A stretch of DNA of 45,796 nt, taken from NCBI GenBank assembly GCA_964609495.1, contig CAZSTA010000004.1, positions 1 through 45,796 of the forward strand, in the 5' to 3' direction. The notes beneath the pieces are model-generated. The model was not told where the DNA came from. It ran no database searches and was given only the letters and a program-made list of their open reading frames with translations. This document shows positions 8,306-17,566 of this stretch, piece by piece; position 1 is the first letter of the stretch, and each line of letters starts with the position of its first letter. This stretch comes from an uncultured bacterium. Lineage in GTDB: Bacteria; CAZSTA01. Both the position numbers and the translations under genes were made by a program.

Positions 8306-9478
8306 TTAATCCAGTCTTTTACTTAGAGATAGGGCGGCTTTTCCTCTGCTAATTAACAACTTAACTGGACGGAGAAGGTAATAGAGAGGGAGAAGAAAAG
8401 GATGTTTGATATTATAACATTTAATCATATAATCTCGGTAGGGGAAGATTCTAATCAATAAAATTTTGATCTTTGTCATTAATTTCCCATCAAATATCGA
8501 TCTTGAAGATATATCTAACCCGAATTCAGCTCTTATATAATAGAACATAGCTCTCCACCAATTTAACTTAGTAGAGCCGAATTCATCAAAAACACGAGGG
8601 GGGATAGGGGTATAAAATAGTTCTGTCAATTGCTTAAAAGTTCTTATCACCGGTATTATTATTATCAATTTTAATCCCTTGGCTCTATTTATTAACTTAT
8701 CCCAATCTAGGTTATCTTCATAGTAACGTATAACTTGATCTATATCATAGAACCAAAGTAAATAGTTAGATGATGGGTGGTTTACGGCAAGATGATAGCA
8801 AAGATAAATAATCAAATCTTCGGGACACAGGATTAACGTGGAGACATCGGAAATCTCCACCTCTATAGCATTCTCCCAAAATTGGTCGATAGGATCGGTC
8901 TCTACATAGTACGAATAATCGGAGAGATTCCAATGAATCTCTAGTTTTAAATGAGGACTATCCTGTTTTATAAATGGCAGCTCCTTTCCAAAGGTCTCAT
9001 TATATTCCTGGCAAAGTTCATAATCATGAATCATACAGGCATATCCTAGCTCAGTCAACACCTTCTTTACTTCGAATAAATCCTCTCTCTTAACTAGGAG
9101 ATCGACATCACACATCGGTCTCAGTGCAATATTTTTATAAACTATCTCCGCTAAGGCAGCGCCTTTAAGGACGATCACTTCTATCCCTTTCTGCTTAAAA
9201 GCGCGAAGAATCTTGCCAAGCTCATAATACATCACGATATTGGAAGCCATATTACTATAATAAGATTGCCTAAGCTTCTCTATGACCCAGGGAGGGATGG
9301 TATCTATTCTACCATTTTTTCTCAACTTATTATAGATAAGGGGAGAGATACCTTCCCTTCCAGCCTGCTCTAAAAATAATTGCCAATCAACATCAGGAGC
9401 AGAGTCGAGATTATTATTCAAAAGAGATAAGAGAACAGCATCGACATTAGACATTAGATCGCACCTAGATATTGTCAA
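8306..9478 (-). CDS. Uncharacterised nucleotidyltransferase family protein (NTP_transf_5-like)
   Basis: VIVLKGAAL, LRPMCDVDLLV, LEIHW, LLWFYDI motifs. Confidence 0.85.
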   Translation of the reverse strand: MTISRCDLMSNVDAVLLSLLNNNLDSAPDVDWQLFLEQAGREGISPLIYNKLRKNGRIDTIPPWVIEKLRQSYYSNMASNIVMYYELGKILRAFKQKGIEVIVLKGAALAEIVYKNIALRPMCDVDLLVKREDLFEVKKVLTELGYACMIHDYELCQEYNETFGKELPFIKQDSPHLKLEIHWNLSDYSYYVETDPIDQFWENAIEVEISDVSTLILCPEDLIIYLCYHLAVNHPSSNYLLWFYDIDQVIRYYEDNLDWDKLINRAKGLKLIIIIPVIRTFKQLTELFYTPIPPRVFDEFGSTKLNWWRAMFYYIRAEFGLDISSRSIFDGKLMTKIKILLIRIFPYRDYMIKCYNIKHPFLLPLYYLLRPVKLLISRGKAALSLSKRLD

Positions 9479-9552
9479 ATTATCTGATGACTCTTCACGA
9501 CCGAAGGACAGAAGATTCTTGGGAACACCGAACTTTACCCTTCCTTGGTCAT

Positions 9553-9581
9553 ATTATAGCTTAAGATTAAATAATTGTCAA
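9553..9581 (-). promoter_or_regulatory. Consensus sigma70 promoter at the head of the RiPP cluster
   Basis: Minus strand TTGACA-17 nt-TATAAT. Confidence 0.8.
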
Positions 9582-9799
9582 TTAATTGATAATAATTATT
9601 AATCAAATAATTGTCATACCGCAAAATTCCCTCTCTGACTAATGATCTTTGACAAATTGGAAGTTAGGGGATGAGATATTATGCCCCCGCTTCTACTTAC
9701 ACCTCTGAAACTATTTCCCATCTTATTATATCATAAATTTTAATGATTTGGAAAAGATGATAAAGTTGTTTCTCTAATCATCTCCTCCAGATAAAGATA

Positions 9800-11671
9800 T
9801 TATGATCGCAGGGTATCCAATTCCCTCTTCAATTCCCAAAATCTCTTATTCAACTCTTGGGCTTCCTCACTTTCCTCAGCTAAATTCATCTCTCCTAGCT
9901 TATAATTGAGAAGAGCGATCTGATGCTCTAGAAGTTTCAAACGTTTCTCCTTCTCATCTATTGCCTCGCCTATATGCTCCCACTTGCTATAGCTTTGAAG
10001 ACGTGCTCTGTCCTTTTTCTTCTCCTCGTAGTAACTATATCCACCCGGATAGCAGATCGCCTTTCCGTCCCATAACTCGATTATCCTGTCTGTTATCTTA
10101 TTCAGAAGATATCTATCGTGAGAGACCAATAGGATCGTCCCTGGGAACTCAGCCAGTGCCTCCTCTAATATCTGGAGGGATGATATATCAAGGTGATTCG
10201 CTGGCTCATCTAAAACTAAGAGATTAGCCTCGGATATTACTAGCTTGGCTAAGATCATCCTCGATTTCTCTCCCCCGCTTAAGTCTTTCACCTTCTTAGC
10301 GAAGATCTCCTTCTCCGAAAAGAGGAATCTTGAGAGAAGATAGTGGATCTCATTCTTCGTCATATCCTTCTCCGATCTTATCTCGTCGTAGAGATTATTC
10401 TCATAGTTCAATCCCGCTAGCTTCTGATCGCAGTAGCTTATCGTCAGGTTGTTTCCCAAGATCACCTCCCCGGAATCGAATGGTTCATTTCCCAGGATTA
10501 TGTTAAGCAAAGTAGTTTTCCCAGTGCCATTAGCTCCTACCAATCCTACCTTCTCCCCCCAACGGATGGTGAAATTCACATCCTCGAAGAGGAGCTTATC
10601 CTCGAAACTCTTGGCTAGATCACGAACCTCGATCACTCTCTCTCCGCTTCTTCCTTTAAGCTCGATATCAAGTTTGATGCTATCAGCTCGGCGGGAACTC
10701 TTTCCCAGATCTTTTTTGAGTCGTTCAAGTCTCCTCGCGGCTGTTCTCGCTTTTCTCGCCAGCTTCGCCGCTTTCCTTCCATAGAAATCACTTCCGCTTT
10801 TAGGTCCATTTTGGATCTTCTGAGATCTTCCCTTGATCTCTCTTACTATATCATCTAGTCGCTCTATCTCAGCCCTTTTTCTATCATAAGCTTGTTGAGC
10901 TTGACGGAAGCGAAGCTCTTTTTCCCGAACATAATAACTATAGTTTCCGGCATAGTTAGAGAGCTTGCCAAATTCTAACTCCACTACTCGATCAACCAAT
11001 TTATCCAGGAAATAGCGGTCATGGGAGACTATGACCATTGCTCCCTTGAAGTTCTGGAGAAAATCCTCAAGCCATTCCGTCATATTGATATCAAGATGAT
11101 TAGTAGGCTCATCGAGGAGAAGAAGTTCAGGATCAGTGAGGAGAACCTTGGCTAACTCGATTCTAGTTCGTTCTCCCCCACTAAAGGAATCCACCGGGCG
11201 ATCGTAAACTTCGGGTTCGAAACCAAGACCACTCATAATCTTATCTATCTTACTTTCGTAGGTGTAGCCGCCTTTATGCTCAAAGGCGGCTTGCCACTCC
11301 CCATACTCCTTGAGTATCCTCTCCAGATCCTCGTTATTCTTCTCGCTCATCTTTTTCTCCAGCGTCCTCATCCTCTCGCTCATCTCGATTAGGGGTTGAA
11401 ATACAGTCATTATCTCTTGATATAAGCTGATCTCGGAGAGAAGAGATGGCTCCTGCCTAAGATATCCCAAGCGCAAATTCTCACGAGGGGATACTTGTCC
11501 TTTATCCGGCTTCTCCAAACCCGCGATGATCTCGAGCAAAGTGGTCTTACCACTGCCATTTCTACCGATAAGACCGATTCTCTCCCGATCATTTATCGCC
11601 AAGGTTACCTCCCTGAAGACCTCAAAAGCTCCGTAGGATTTCGTTACGTTATCCACGCTCGCTATTATCAA
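9800..11671 (-). CDS. ABC-F family ATPase (ribosome-associated, possibly resistance type)
   Basis: Two NBDs (GRNGSGKT, FSGGE, LDEPTNHLD; GANGTGKT, LSGGE, LDEPANHLD), no TM helices, extended linker, C-terminal coiled coil. Confidence 0.92.
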   Translation of the reverse strand: MIIASVDNVTKSYGAFEVFREVTLAINDRERIGLIGRNGSGKTTLLEIIAGLEKPDKGQVSPRENLRLGYLRQEPSLLSEISLYQEIMTVFQPLIEMSERMRTLEKKMSEKNNEDLERILKEYGEWQAAFEHKGGYTYESKIDKIMSGLGFEPEVYDRPVDSFSGGERTRIELAKVLLTDPELLLLDEPTNHLDINMTEWLEDFLQNFKGAMVIVSHDRYFLDKLVDRVVELEFGKLSNYAGNYSYYVREKELRFRQAQQAYDRKRAEIERLDDIVREIKGRSQKIQNGPKSGSDFYGRKAAKLARKARTAARRLERLKKDLGKSSRRADSIKLDIELKGRSGERVIEVRDLAKSFEDKLLFEDVNFTIRWGEKVGLVGANGTGKTTLLNIILGNEPFDSGEVILGNNLTISYCDQKLAGLNYENNLYDEIRSEKDMTKNEIHYLLSRFLFSEKEIFAKKVKDLSGGEKSRMILAKLVISEANLLVLDEPANHLDISSLQILEEALAEFPGTILLVSHDRYLLNKITDRIIELWDGKAICYPGGYSYYEEKKKDRARLQSYSKWEHIGEAIDEKEKRLKLLEHQIALLNYKLGEMNLAEESEEAQELNKRFWELKRELDTLRS

Positions 11672-11692
11672 TCATATCACCATCCTTATATA

Positions 11693-11728
11693 TAAAGAAA
11701 ACCGCGAGCAATCGACACTCGCGGTTTC
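11693..11728 (-). terminator. Intrinsic terminator about 20 nt upstream of the ABC-F start
   Basis: Stem AAACCGCGAG/CTCGCGGTTT with a 9-nt loop, followed by a T-rich tract on the minus strand. Confidence 0.75.
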
Positions 11729-11989
11729 TCAATAATCATAGTTCTATTTAATATAAGATCACATCTTCTCTGTTTAGACCCACCTAGGACATATAAAGAA
11801 ACAAGCGAATATCCATTGCGCTTAATTTCACCGCTATCTGTTCTTTATTGTCCTCATTTGAGCCTAATTTACAAAACCCACCAAAATCGAGAAGGTTTTT
11901 GAGGGACGCCTTTCCTCGCCCTGTTAAATGATTAGATCTACCCTCCCAACGAGCAGTTCTAATTGGAGATTTACTTGAAGAATTCTCCC

Positions 11990-13426
11990 CTAACCTACAT
12001 AATTTATATTTTTTTCCAATGGTGCGAATCTGGTATATTCTTCTAAAAAAGCTAATTCAACAGTTCCAATTGGCCCATTCCTCTGCTTTCCAATTATGAT
12101 CTCAGCCACATTACTCTTCTCTTCCTCTATCTCGTCTTCATCCTCTTCTTCTCTGCCAAACCTCCATTTAGCTTTGTGTTTTCTCCGATAATAACCTTCG
12201 CGGTAAATGAAGAGTACCAGATCAGCATCTTGCTCTATAGCTCCTGACTCGCGAAGATCGGAGAGGATCGGACGCTTGTCCATCCTCTGTTCTACTGCCC
12301 GAGATAGCTGAGAGGTAGCGATGAGAGGAACGTTCAACTCTCTGGACAATTCCTTCAAGGATCTGGAGATCTCCGATATCTCCTGCTGACGATTCTCGAT
12401 CCTCCTGTTTCTACTGCCTTGCATAAGCTGGATATAATCAACTATTATGAGACCCATATCCTGCTTAGATTTTAACCTTCTAGCCCTAGCTCGAAGCTCA
12501 TGAATGTTGATCCCTGGCGTATCATCAATGAAGATGGGAGAGCTGGATATCTTTCCTGCCATATTGATCAGATTGGGCCAATCATTTTGCGAGAGATATC
12601 CGGAGCGCAATTTGTGGGAGTTTACTCGTGCTTCAGAACATAGCATCCTTAAGACCAGTTGAGTGCGAGAGGTCTCCAAACTGAAGATCGCCACTGGGAT
12701 ATTGTGATTAATCGCGACATTAGTGGCTATATTCAAACAAAGACTCGTTTTACCCATTCCCGGTCTAGCTGCCACGATGATCAGATCCGAAGGTTGAAGA
12801 CCGGTCGTCATAGTATCGAGATCAGTAAAGCCTGTTGGCAGTCCAGTTATAAATTCTTTCCTCTCGTATAGGTTCTCTACATAGTCGAAACTATCCGACA
12901 TTATTTCCTTGGTGGAATAGAAGTGCTTGATATTATCTCTTTGGGAGATGTTAAATATGAGTTGTTCCGCCTTATCAAGGATATCGCTCAGCTTCATCTC
13001 AGTCTCAAAGCCCAATTGGGCTACCTGCGTAGCGGCGCTTATCAGATTCCTCAAGCATGCTTTCTCATATACTATCCGAGCGTAATACTCGATATTGGCG
13101 ACAGTGGGAACGCTTACTGCCAAACTCGATAGATAGCTCATCCCTCCCACCTTTTCTAGTTGCCCCTTATTGTGTAGCTTATCAGCTACAGTAACGATAT
13201 CCGCTGGCTCACTGTTCTCGATCAGCTCCGCTATAGCCGCAAAGATGAAGCCATGACTTTCCCGATAGAAGCTCTCAGGAGTCAATATATCCATAGCTAA
13301 GATAGCCGCATCTCTATTTTGAAGCATACCGCCTATAACCGATTGTTCGGCCTCGATATTCTGGGGCGGAACATTCTCTATAGGTACCACAGATGGATCT
13401 ATCAAATCGCCAATCTCCCAGGGCAA
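11990..13426 (-). CDS. dnaB: Replicative DNA helicase
   Basis: PPQNIEAEQSVIG, AARPGMGKT, IVDYIQL, LSDLRESGAIEQDAD, KQRNGP. Confidence 0.97.
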   Translation of the reverse strand: MPWEIGDLIDPSVVPIENVPPQNIEAEQSVIGGMLQNRDAAILAMDILTPESFYRESHGFIFAAIAELIENSEPADIVTVADKLHNKGQLEKVGGMSYLSSLAVSVPTVANIEYYARIVYEKACLRNLISAATQVAQLGFETEMKLSDILDKAEQLIFNISQRDNIKHFYSTKEIMSDSFDYVENLYERKEFITGLPTGFTDLDTMTTGLQPSDLIIVAARPGMGKTSLCLNIATNVAINHNIPVAIFSLETSRTQLVLRMLCSEARVNSHKLRSGYLSQNDWPNLINMAGKISSSPIFIDDTPGINIHELRARARRLKSKQDMGLIIVDYIQLMQGSRNRRIENRQQEISEISRSLKELSRELNVPLIATSQLSRAVEQRMDKRPILSDLRESGAIEQDADLVLFIYREGYYRRKHKAKWRFGREEEDEDEIEEEKSNVAEIIIGKQRNGPIGTVELAFLEEYTRFAPLEKNINYVG

Positions 13427-13428
13427 AT

Positions 13429-13899
13429 TTACTCCCTCTTGCCCTTCATCTCTTCCTCATCTATAACTCGAACTTTGGCTTTCGCCGTCACTTTACGATG
13501 TAATCTAATAGGAATCTCATAATCTCCGATCTGTTTTATCGATTCCTCCAGCCTTATCTTCCGCCTATCTATCGTCAATTTCAATTTTTTCTCGATCTCA
13601 TTAGCGATATCGGTAGAAGTCACTGAGCCATATAGATGACCTTCCTGACTAACCTTCCCTGGCATAACTATATTCAACTTCTCGATAAGTTCCGCCAATT
13701 GCTCAGCTTCCTCCTGTTCTCTAGCGTCCTTGAGCATCTCAGCCTTCTGCTTATGTTCCCAAGCCTTCTTATTTCCGGAAGTAGCCTCGATCGCTAACTT
13801 CTCGGGCAACAAGTAATTACGAGCATACCCTTTAGCTACATCGACTACAGTCCCCTTCTTCCCTAAGTTCTCTATATCTTGCTGTAAGATAACTTCCAT
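13429..13899 (-). CDS. rplI: 50S ribosomal protein L9
   Basis: MEVILQQDIENLGKKG...GYARNYLLP; LYGSVT. Confidence 0.97.
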   Translation of the reverse strand: MEVILQQDIENLGKKGTVVDVAKGYARNYLLPEKLAIEATSGNKKAWEHKQKAEMLKDAREQEEAEQLAELIEKLNIVMPGKVSQEGHLYGSVTSTDIANEIEKKLKLTIDRRKIRLEESIKQIGDYEIPIRLHRKVTAKAKVRVIDEEEMKGKRE

Positions 13900-13913
13900 A
13901 GATTTATATCCCC

Positions 13914-14882
13914 CTATTCATTGCTTTTAGCTAAATTTAATTTCCTCAGATCAAGCAAGCTATCTAGTAACCCCACCAATACTACTATGAAGGATAGAAA
14001 AGGTATGGTTATCAGAAGAAAGTATATTATTACTTTGAAAACGATGTTAAAGGAATACTTTTTCATAAAGAAGCTCAATACCGATATAGCTTGAACGAAG
14101 AAGATTATAGAGAAAATAGATAGTATATTTGCTCCCATCCTATATAATATAGATGATCCCAGATATTGACTTAGCATCGTTATCAACCAACCAGCTATAA
14201 AGCCCCAAACCGTGTAGTGTGGAATTCGCCAACGGGAGAAGGGAGGCAGACCCCCCTCGATTTTATGACCCAATTTAGCCAACACCAGTTTAGCGACCCA
14301 GAAGTTCAGGAAGGTGTCAAATACAGCCGCAATTAGAAATGAGCTGGGCAGAAGCAGGGAGACCATCTTGAGCATATTATCAAAAGTGCTCCTCATCTCC
14401 TTCAACTGCTCTGAAGCAAGCCCCATCTTTTCGTAGAGCGATAAGGAAGTGGAGATTCCCTGTTGCATAGCTCTATTGATCTCCGTAATGGGATTCATCC
14501 TTAAGAAGATGAAGGAGATAGTCAACATAAGCCCAGTTCCCACCAGAGAAGCGATGCTCCCTATAATTAGGATCTTAGCAGGGGAAAATCCTCGTCTTAT
14601 GCATAGTCCTAGGGAGATCCCGATAGCTCCGAAGCCGAATAGAACGGTTATCCCCAATAGAGGGCCTGATAATATGGATACCAGGAGAGCGGCGATAAAG
14701 GTCGCCATTATGCTTATCTCTTTTCCCCATCTCACCCCGGCTATGATTATCGGAACTGGGCAGACGAAGGTCATCAAAGTTCCTATTACCGGTATATAGA
14801 AACTCATCAGAACCAGTATGGCGGCGATGCTAGCTAAAATCGCCCCCTCAGTTAATGCTCTCGTTGACAATTTATTGAGCAT
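13914..14882 (-). CDS. YybS/DUF2232 family membrane protein
   Basis: Multi-TM; TRALTEGAI start, PPFSRW, GLLDSLLDLRK end; located between rpsR and rplI. Confidence 0.85.
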   Translation of the reverse strand: MLNKLSTRALTEGAILASIAAILVLMSFYIPVIGTLMTFVCPVPIIIAGVRWGKEISIMATFIAALLVSILSGPLLGITVLFGFGAIGISLGLCIRRGFSPAKILIIGSIASLVGTGLMLTISFIFLRMNPITEINRAMQQGISTSLSLYEKMGLASEQLKEMRSTFDNMLKMVSLLLPSSFLIAAVFDTFLNFWVAKLVLAKLGHKIEGGLPPFSRWRIPHYTVWGFIAGWLITMLSQYLGSSILYRMGANILSIFSIIFFVQAISVLSFFMKKYSFNIVFKVIIYFLLITIPFLSFIVVLVGLLDSLLDLRKLNLAKSNE

Positions 14883-14931
14883 CCTTCATACTCTCCCCTC
14901 AGAAGGGAGTTTTAATATAGAGGTAATAAAG

Positions 14932-15195
14932 TTACTCAGATGAAGTAAAGGGCAACAGAGCGATGTTACGAGCCTTTTTGATAGCTCTAGTAAGGCTCCT
15001 TTGATGCTTAGCGCAGTTTCCAGATACTCGGCGAGGTATGATCTTCCCTTGCTCCGAGACAAAACGTTTTAATATTTTAACATCTTTGAAGTTTATCTCA
15101 TTTATGTTATCCGCGCAAAAGATACAAACTTTCTTTCTTGGTCTTCTTCTAGCTTTAAATTTGCTTTTAGATCTCCTTCTATCATCACGAGCCAT
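14932..15195 (-). CDS. rpsR: 30S ribosomal protein S18 (zinc-binding form)
   Basis: RKKVCIFC...[17 protein letters not shown]...[13 protein letters not shown]; likely start MARDD at 15195. Confidence 0.97.
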   Translation of the reverse strand: MARDDRRRSKSKFKARRRPRKKVCIFCADNINEINFKDVKILKRFVSEQGKIIPRRVSGNCAKHQRSLTRAIKKARNIALLPFTSSE

Positions 15196-15262
15196 ATTTG
15201 ATTTATTCAGCCTCCTTAAATGATTGTTATGCAATTTTGGTTAGAATCGGTTTACAGAATAA

Positions 15263-15709
15263 CTAGAAGGGAACATCTGGAACCTCTTCTTCTGACGCTT
15301 CAACTTCTTCCTCTTCTTGCTCCTCCTGGTCCTCAATTTCTTCCTCTTCCTCTTCCTCTTCACTGGGAGCCTCTCTAGGAGCAGCAAGAAATATCACCCT
15401 TCTAGCTACTATATCCATAGCACTCCTCTTTTGGCCATCCTCAGTTTCCCAGGAGCGGAATTGAAGGCGACCATCCACTATGATCTGACTCCCTTTTTTC
15501 AGATATTCGCTGCAGTTTTCCGCTGGCCGTCCCCATACCGAAACATTGACGTAGCAAATATCCTCTTTTCGTTCCCCAGCTTGGGTGGTATAAGTCTGAT
15601 TGCTGGCTAATCTAAGAGTAGCTACTGCTCTGCCACTGGGGGTATAACGGAGTTCAGGATCTCTTGTCAATCGTCCGGAAATAAAAACCTTATTCAAACT
15701 TGCTGGCAT
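15263..15709 (-). CDS. ssb: Single-stranded DNA-binding protein, copy 2 (acidic tail ending VPDVPF)
   Basis: LNKVFISGRLTRDPELRYTPSG, GRLQFRSWE; poly-Glu tail with PF tip. Confidence 0.93.
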   Translation of the reverse strand: MPASLNKVFISGRLTRDPELRYTPSGRAVATLRLASNQTYTTQAGERKEDICYVNVSVWGRPAENCSEYLKKGSQIIVDGRLQFRSWETEDGQKRSAMDIVARRVIFLAAPREAPSEEEEEEEEIEDQEEQEEEEVEASEEEVPDVPF

Positions 15710-15735
15710 AAAGCGATCACTCTCCTCTATTGAGA

Positions 15736-16128
15736 CTAGAGTTCACTGATATCTATTGGTTCTGCACCCCCAAATGGCTCTTCATAGTAGGATTCTTTGG
15801 GCCTGCCTAGGAATCCGACTCTATTAGCTACAACTTTTAACTTGCTTCTTTTTTCCCCTTCTGGAGTCTCCCAAGAATCAAGTTTCAATCGTCCTTCTAC
15901 TACAACCTGCCTCCCTTTGCTTATATACTTACTGCAGTTCTCTGCCAATTTTCTCCAAGTTTCTATATTGACGAAGCAAGTAGATTCTTTCGTCTCACCC
16001 TCCTCTGTTGTATAGAAATTACTAACTGCTATACCGAAGGTAGCAACAGCATCCCCGCTGGGAATATAGCGAAGCTCCGGGTCCCTTGTTAAATTCCCCA
16101 ACAATATCACGCTGTTAAGATCTGACAT
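15736..16128 (-). CDS. ssb: Single-stranded DNA-binding protein, copy 1 (short tail, no PF tip)
   Basis: LNSVILLGNLTRDPELRYIPSG, VEGRLKLDSWE. Confidence 0.9.
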   Translation of the reverse strand: MSDLNSVILLGNLTRDPELRYIPSGDAVATFGIAVSNFYTTEEGETKESTCFVNIETWRKLAENCSKYISKGRQVVVEGRLKLDSWETPEGEKRSKLKVVANRVGFLGRPKESYYEEPFGGAEPIDISEL

Positions 16129-16176
16129 GGATTAACACCACCTTTAAAGTTAGATAAATGGCGGGTATAGATAATC

Positions 16177-16458
16177 TTAAGATCTTGAGGTCATAGATCT
16201 CATAACCAGACCGCTTAACTTAATTTCCCTTTCCAGATCGGAAATTATCGAAGGTTCAGCCTCAAAGGAAAAGATAACGTAAAAGCCTCTCTTCTTGCCA
16301 TTTATATCAAATCCTAATTTTCTAGCCCCCATCTTGTCCAAGCCTTTGAACTCACAACCAAGGCTCTTTATCAGCTCCTCCACCCCTTGTATTTTCCCCT
16401 CTAGTTCCTCCTCATCGAGATCGGGATCGAGAATGGAAACCAACTCGTATTTCCGCAA
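16177..16458 (-). CDS. rpsF: 30S ribosomal protein S6
   Basis: RKYELVSILDPDL...GARKLGFDI...GFY; TTG start at 16458 after a GGAGGTGA RBS. Confidence 0.93.
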   Translation of the reverse strand: MRKYELVSILDPDLDEEELEGKIQGVEELIKSLGCEFKGLDKMGARKLGFDINGKKRGFYVIFSFEAEPSIISDLEREIKLSGLVMRSMTSRS

Positions 16459-16471
16459 CCATTTCACCTCC

Positions 16472-17560
16472 TCATACATTAAATCTGAAGTAGATTATAT
16501 CTCCATCCTGAACAACGTAATTATGCCCCTCTAGCCGCATCAATCCTTTTTCCCTTGCGGCAGCTAGAGAACCTGTCTTTACAAGATCATCATAAGATAT
16601 TACCTCAGCTCGGATAAATCCCCTCTCCATATCACTATGCACCTTTCCAGCCGCTTGAGGGGCTTTAGTCTCTCGCTTCAGGGTCCTAGCTCTGACTTCC
16701 TTATCTCCAGTAGTATAGAAGGTGATGAGATCTAGCTGTTCATAGCCAACCCTTATTAATCGCTCCAGACTAGCCTCTTCAATTCCCAGCTCCTTCATAA
16801 ACTCCCCTATTTCGTCCTCCTCCAACTCGGAAAGCTCCGCCTCCAATTTAGCATAAAGAGGAACGCATACTGAACCCTCTTGAGAGGCATAATCCTCGAT
16901 CTCTGCTAAATAAGGGGAATCCGAATCATCCTCTCCTAAATTGGCTACGTAAATAAATGGCTTAACTGTTAAAAGAGGCATATCTTGAAGTAATCCCTCT
17001 CGTTCATCGTTTAATTCGAGAGAACTTAATAATTCCCCTCGATTAATGATATCCTCAAGCTCCCTCAGAGAATCCGCTTCTGCTTTATACTTAGGATCAC
17101 CAGTTTTGATAAATCTTTTGGCCTTCTCATGCCGTCGGTTTATGATCTCTAGATCGGCTAGACTTAGCTCCAGCTTTATAGTTTCGATGTCTCGAATAGG
17201 ATCGATACTTCCCTCTATATGAGGAACATCACCAGCCTCAAAGCAGCGCACCACCTCTACTATAGCATCCACCCCACGAATATGATCTAGGAATTGATTG
17301 CCTAATCCTTCACCTTTACTAGCACCTTTGACTAGACCCGCGATATCGACAAACTCGATGGTAGTGGGAACAGCCTTGGGAGGAGATAACAACTCATATA
17401 TCTTAGTCAGCCTCTCATCTGGCACTTTTACAATTCCCACATTAGGTTTAACGGTGGTGAAGGGATAACTCGCCACCTCAGCTCTCATTCTAGTCAAGGC
17501 ATTGAAGAGAGTGGATTTCCCCACATTGGGTAACCCCACTATTCCACAATTGAAGCCCAT
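16472..17560 (-). CDS. ychF: Redox-regulated ATPase YchF
   Basis: GIVGLPNVGKSTLFNALT, DIAGLVKGASKGEGLGNQFL, TGS domain GFIRAEVI...DGDIIYFRFNV. Confidence 0.97.
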   Translation of the reverse strand: MGFNCGIVGLPNVGKSTLFNALTRMRAEVASYPFTTVKPNVGIVKVPDERLTKIYELLSPPKAVPTTIEFVDIAGLVKGASKGEGLGNQFLDHIRGVDAIVEVVRCFEAGDVPHIEGSIDPIRDIETIKLELSLADLEIINRRHEKAKRFIKTGDPKYKAEADSLRELEDIINRGELLSSLELNDEREGLLQDMPLLTVKPFIYVANLGEDDSDSPYLAEIEDYASQEGSVCVPLYAKLEAELSELEEDEIGEFMKELGIEEASLERLIRVGYEQLDLITFYTTGDKEVRARTLKRETKAPQAAGKVHSDMERGFIRAEVISYDDLVKTGSLAAAREKGLMRLEGHNYVVQDGDIIYFRFNV

Positions 17561-17566
17561 TTTCTC

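Noticed and set aside
3348-9478. Lasso peptide cluster
   Set aside because: Despite the YxxPxL leader, RRE, kinase-like protein and nucleotidyltransferase, there is no asparagine-synthetase-like cyclase or transglutaminase-like B2 protease
9707-9753. Similarity of GAAACTA...CCCA.CTTATTATATCATA between about 9707 and about 25038
   Set aside because: Mostly explained by shared extended -10 promoter elements; too short to call a repeat family
11693-11990. T-box riboswitch
   Set aside because: No GGTGGTACCGCG-type T-box sequence or specifier stem
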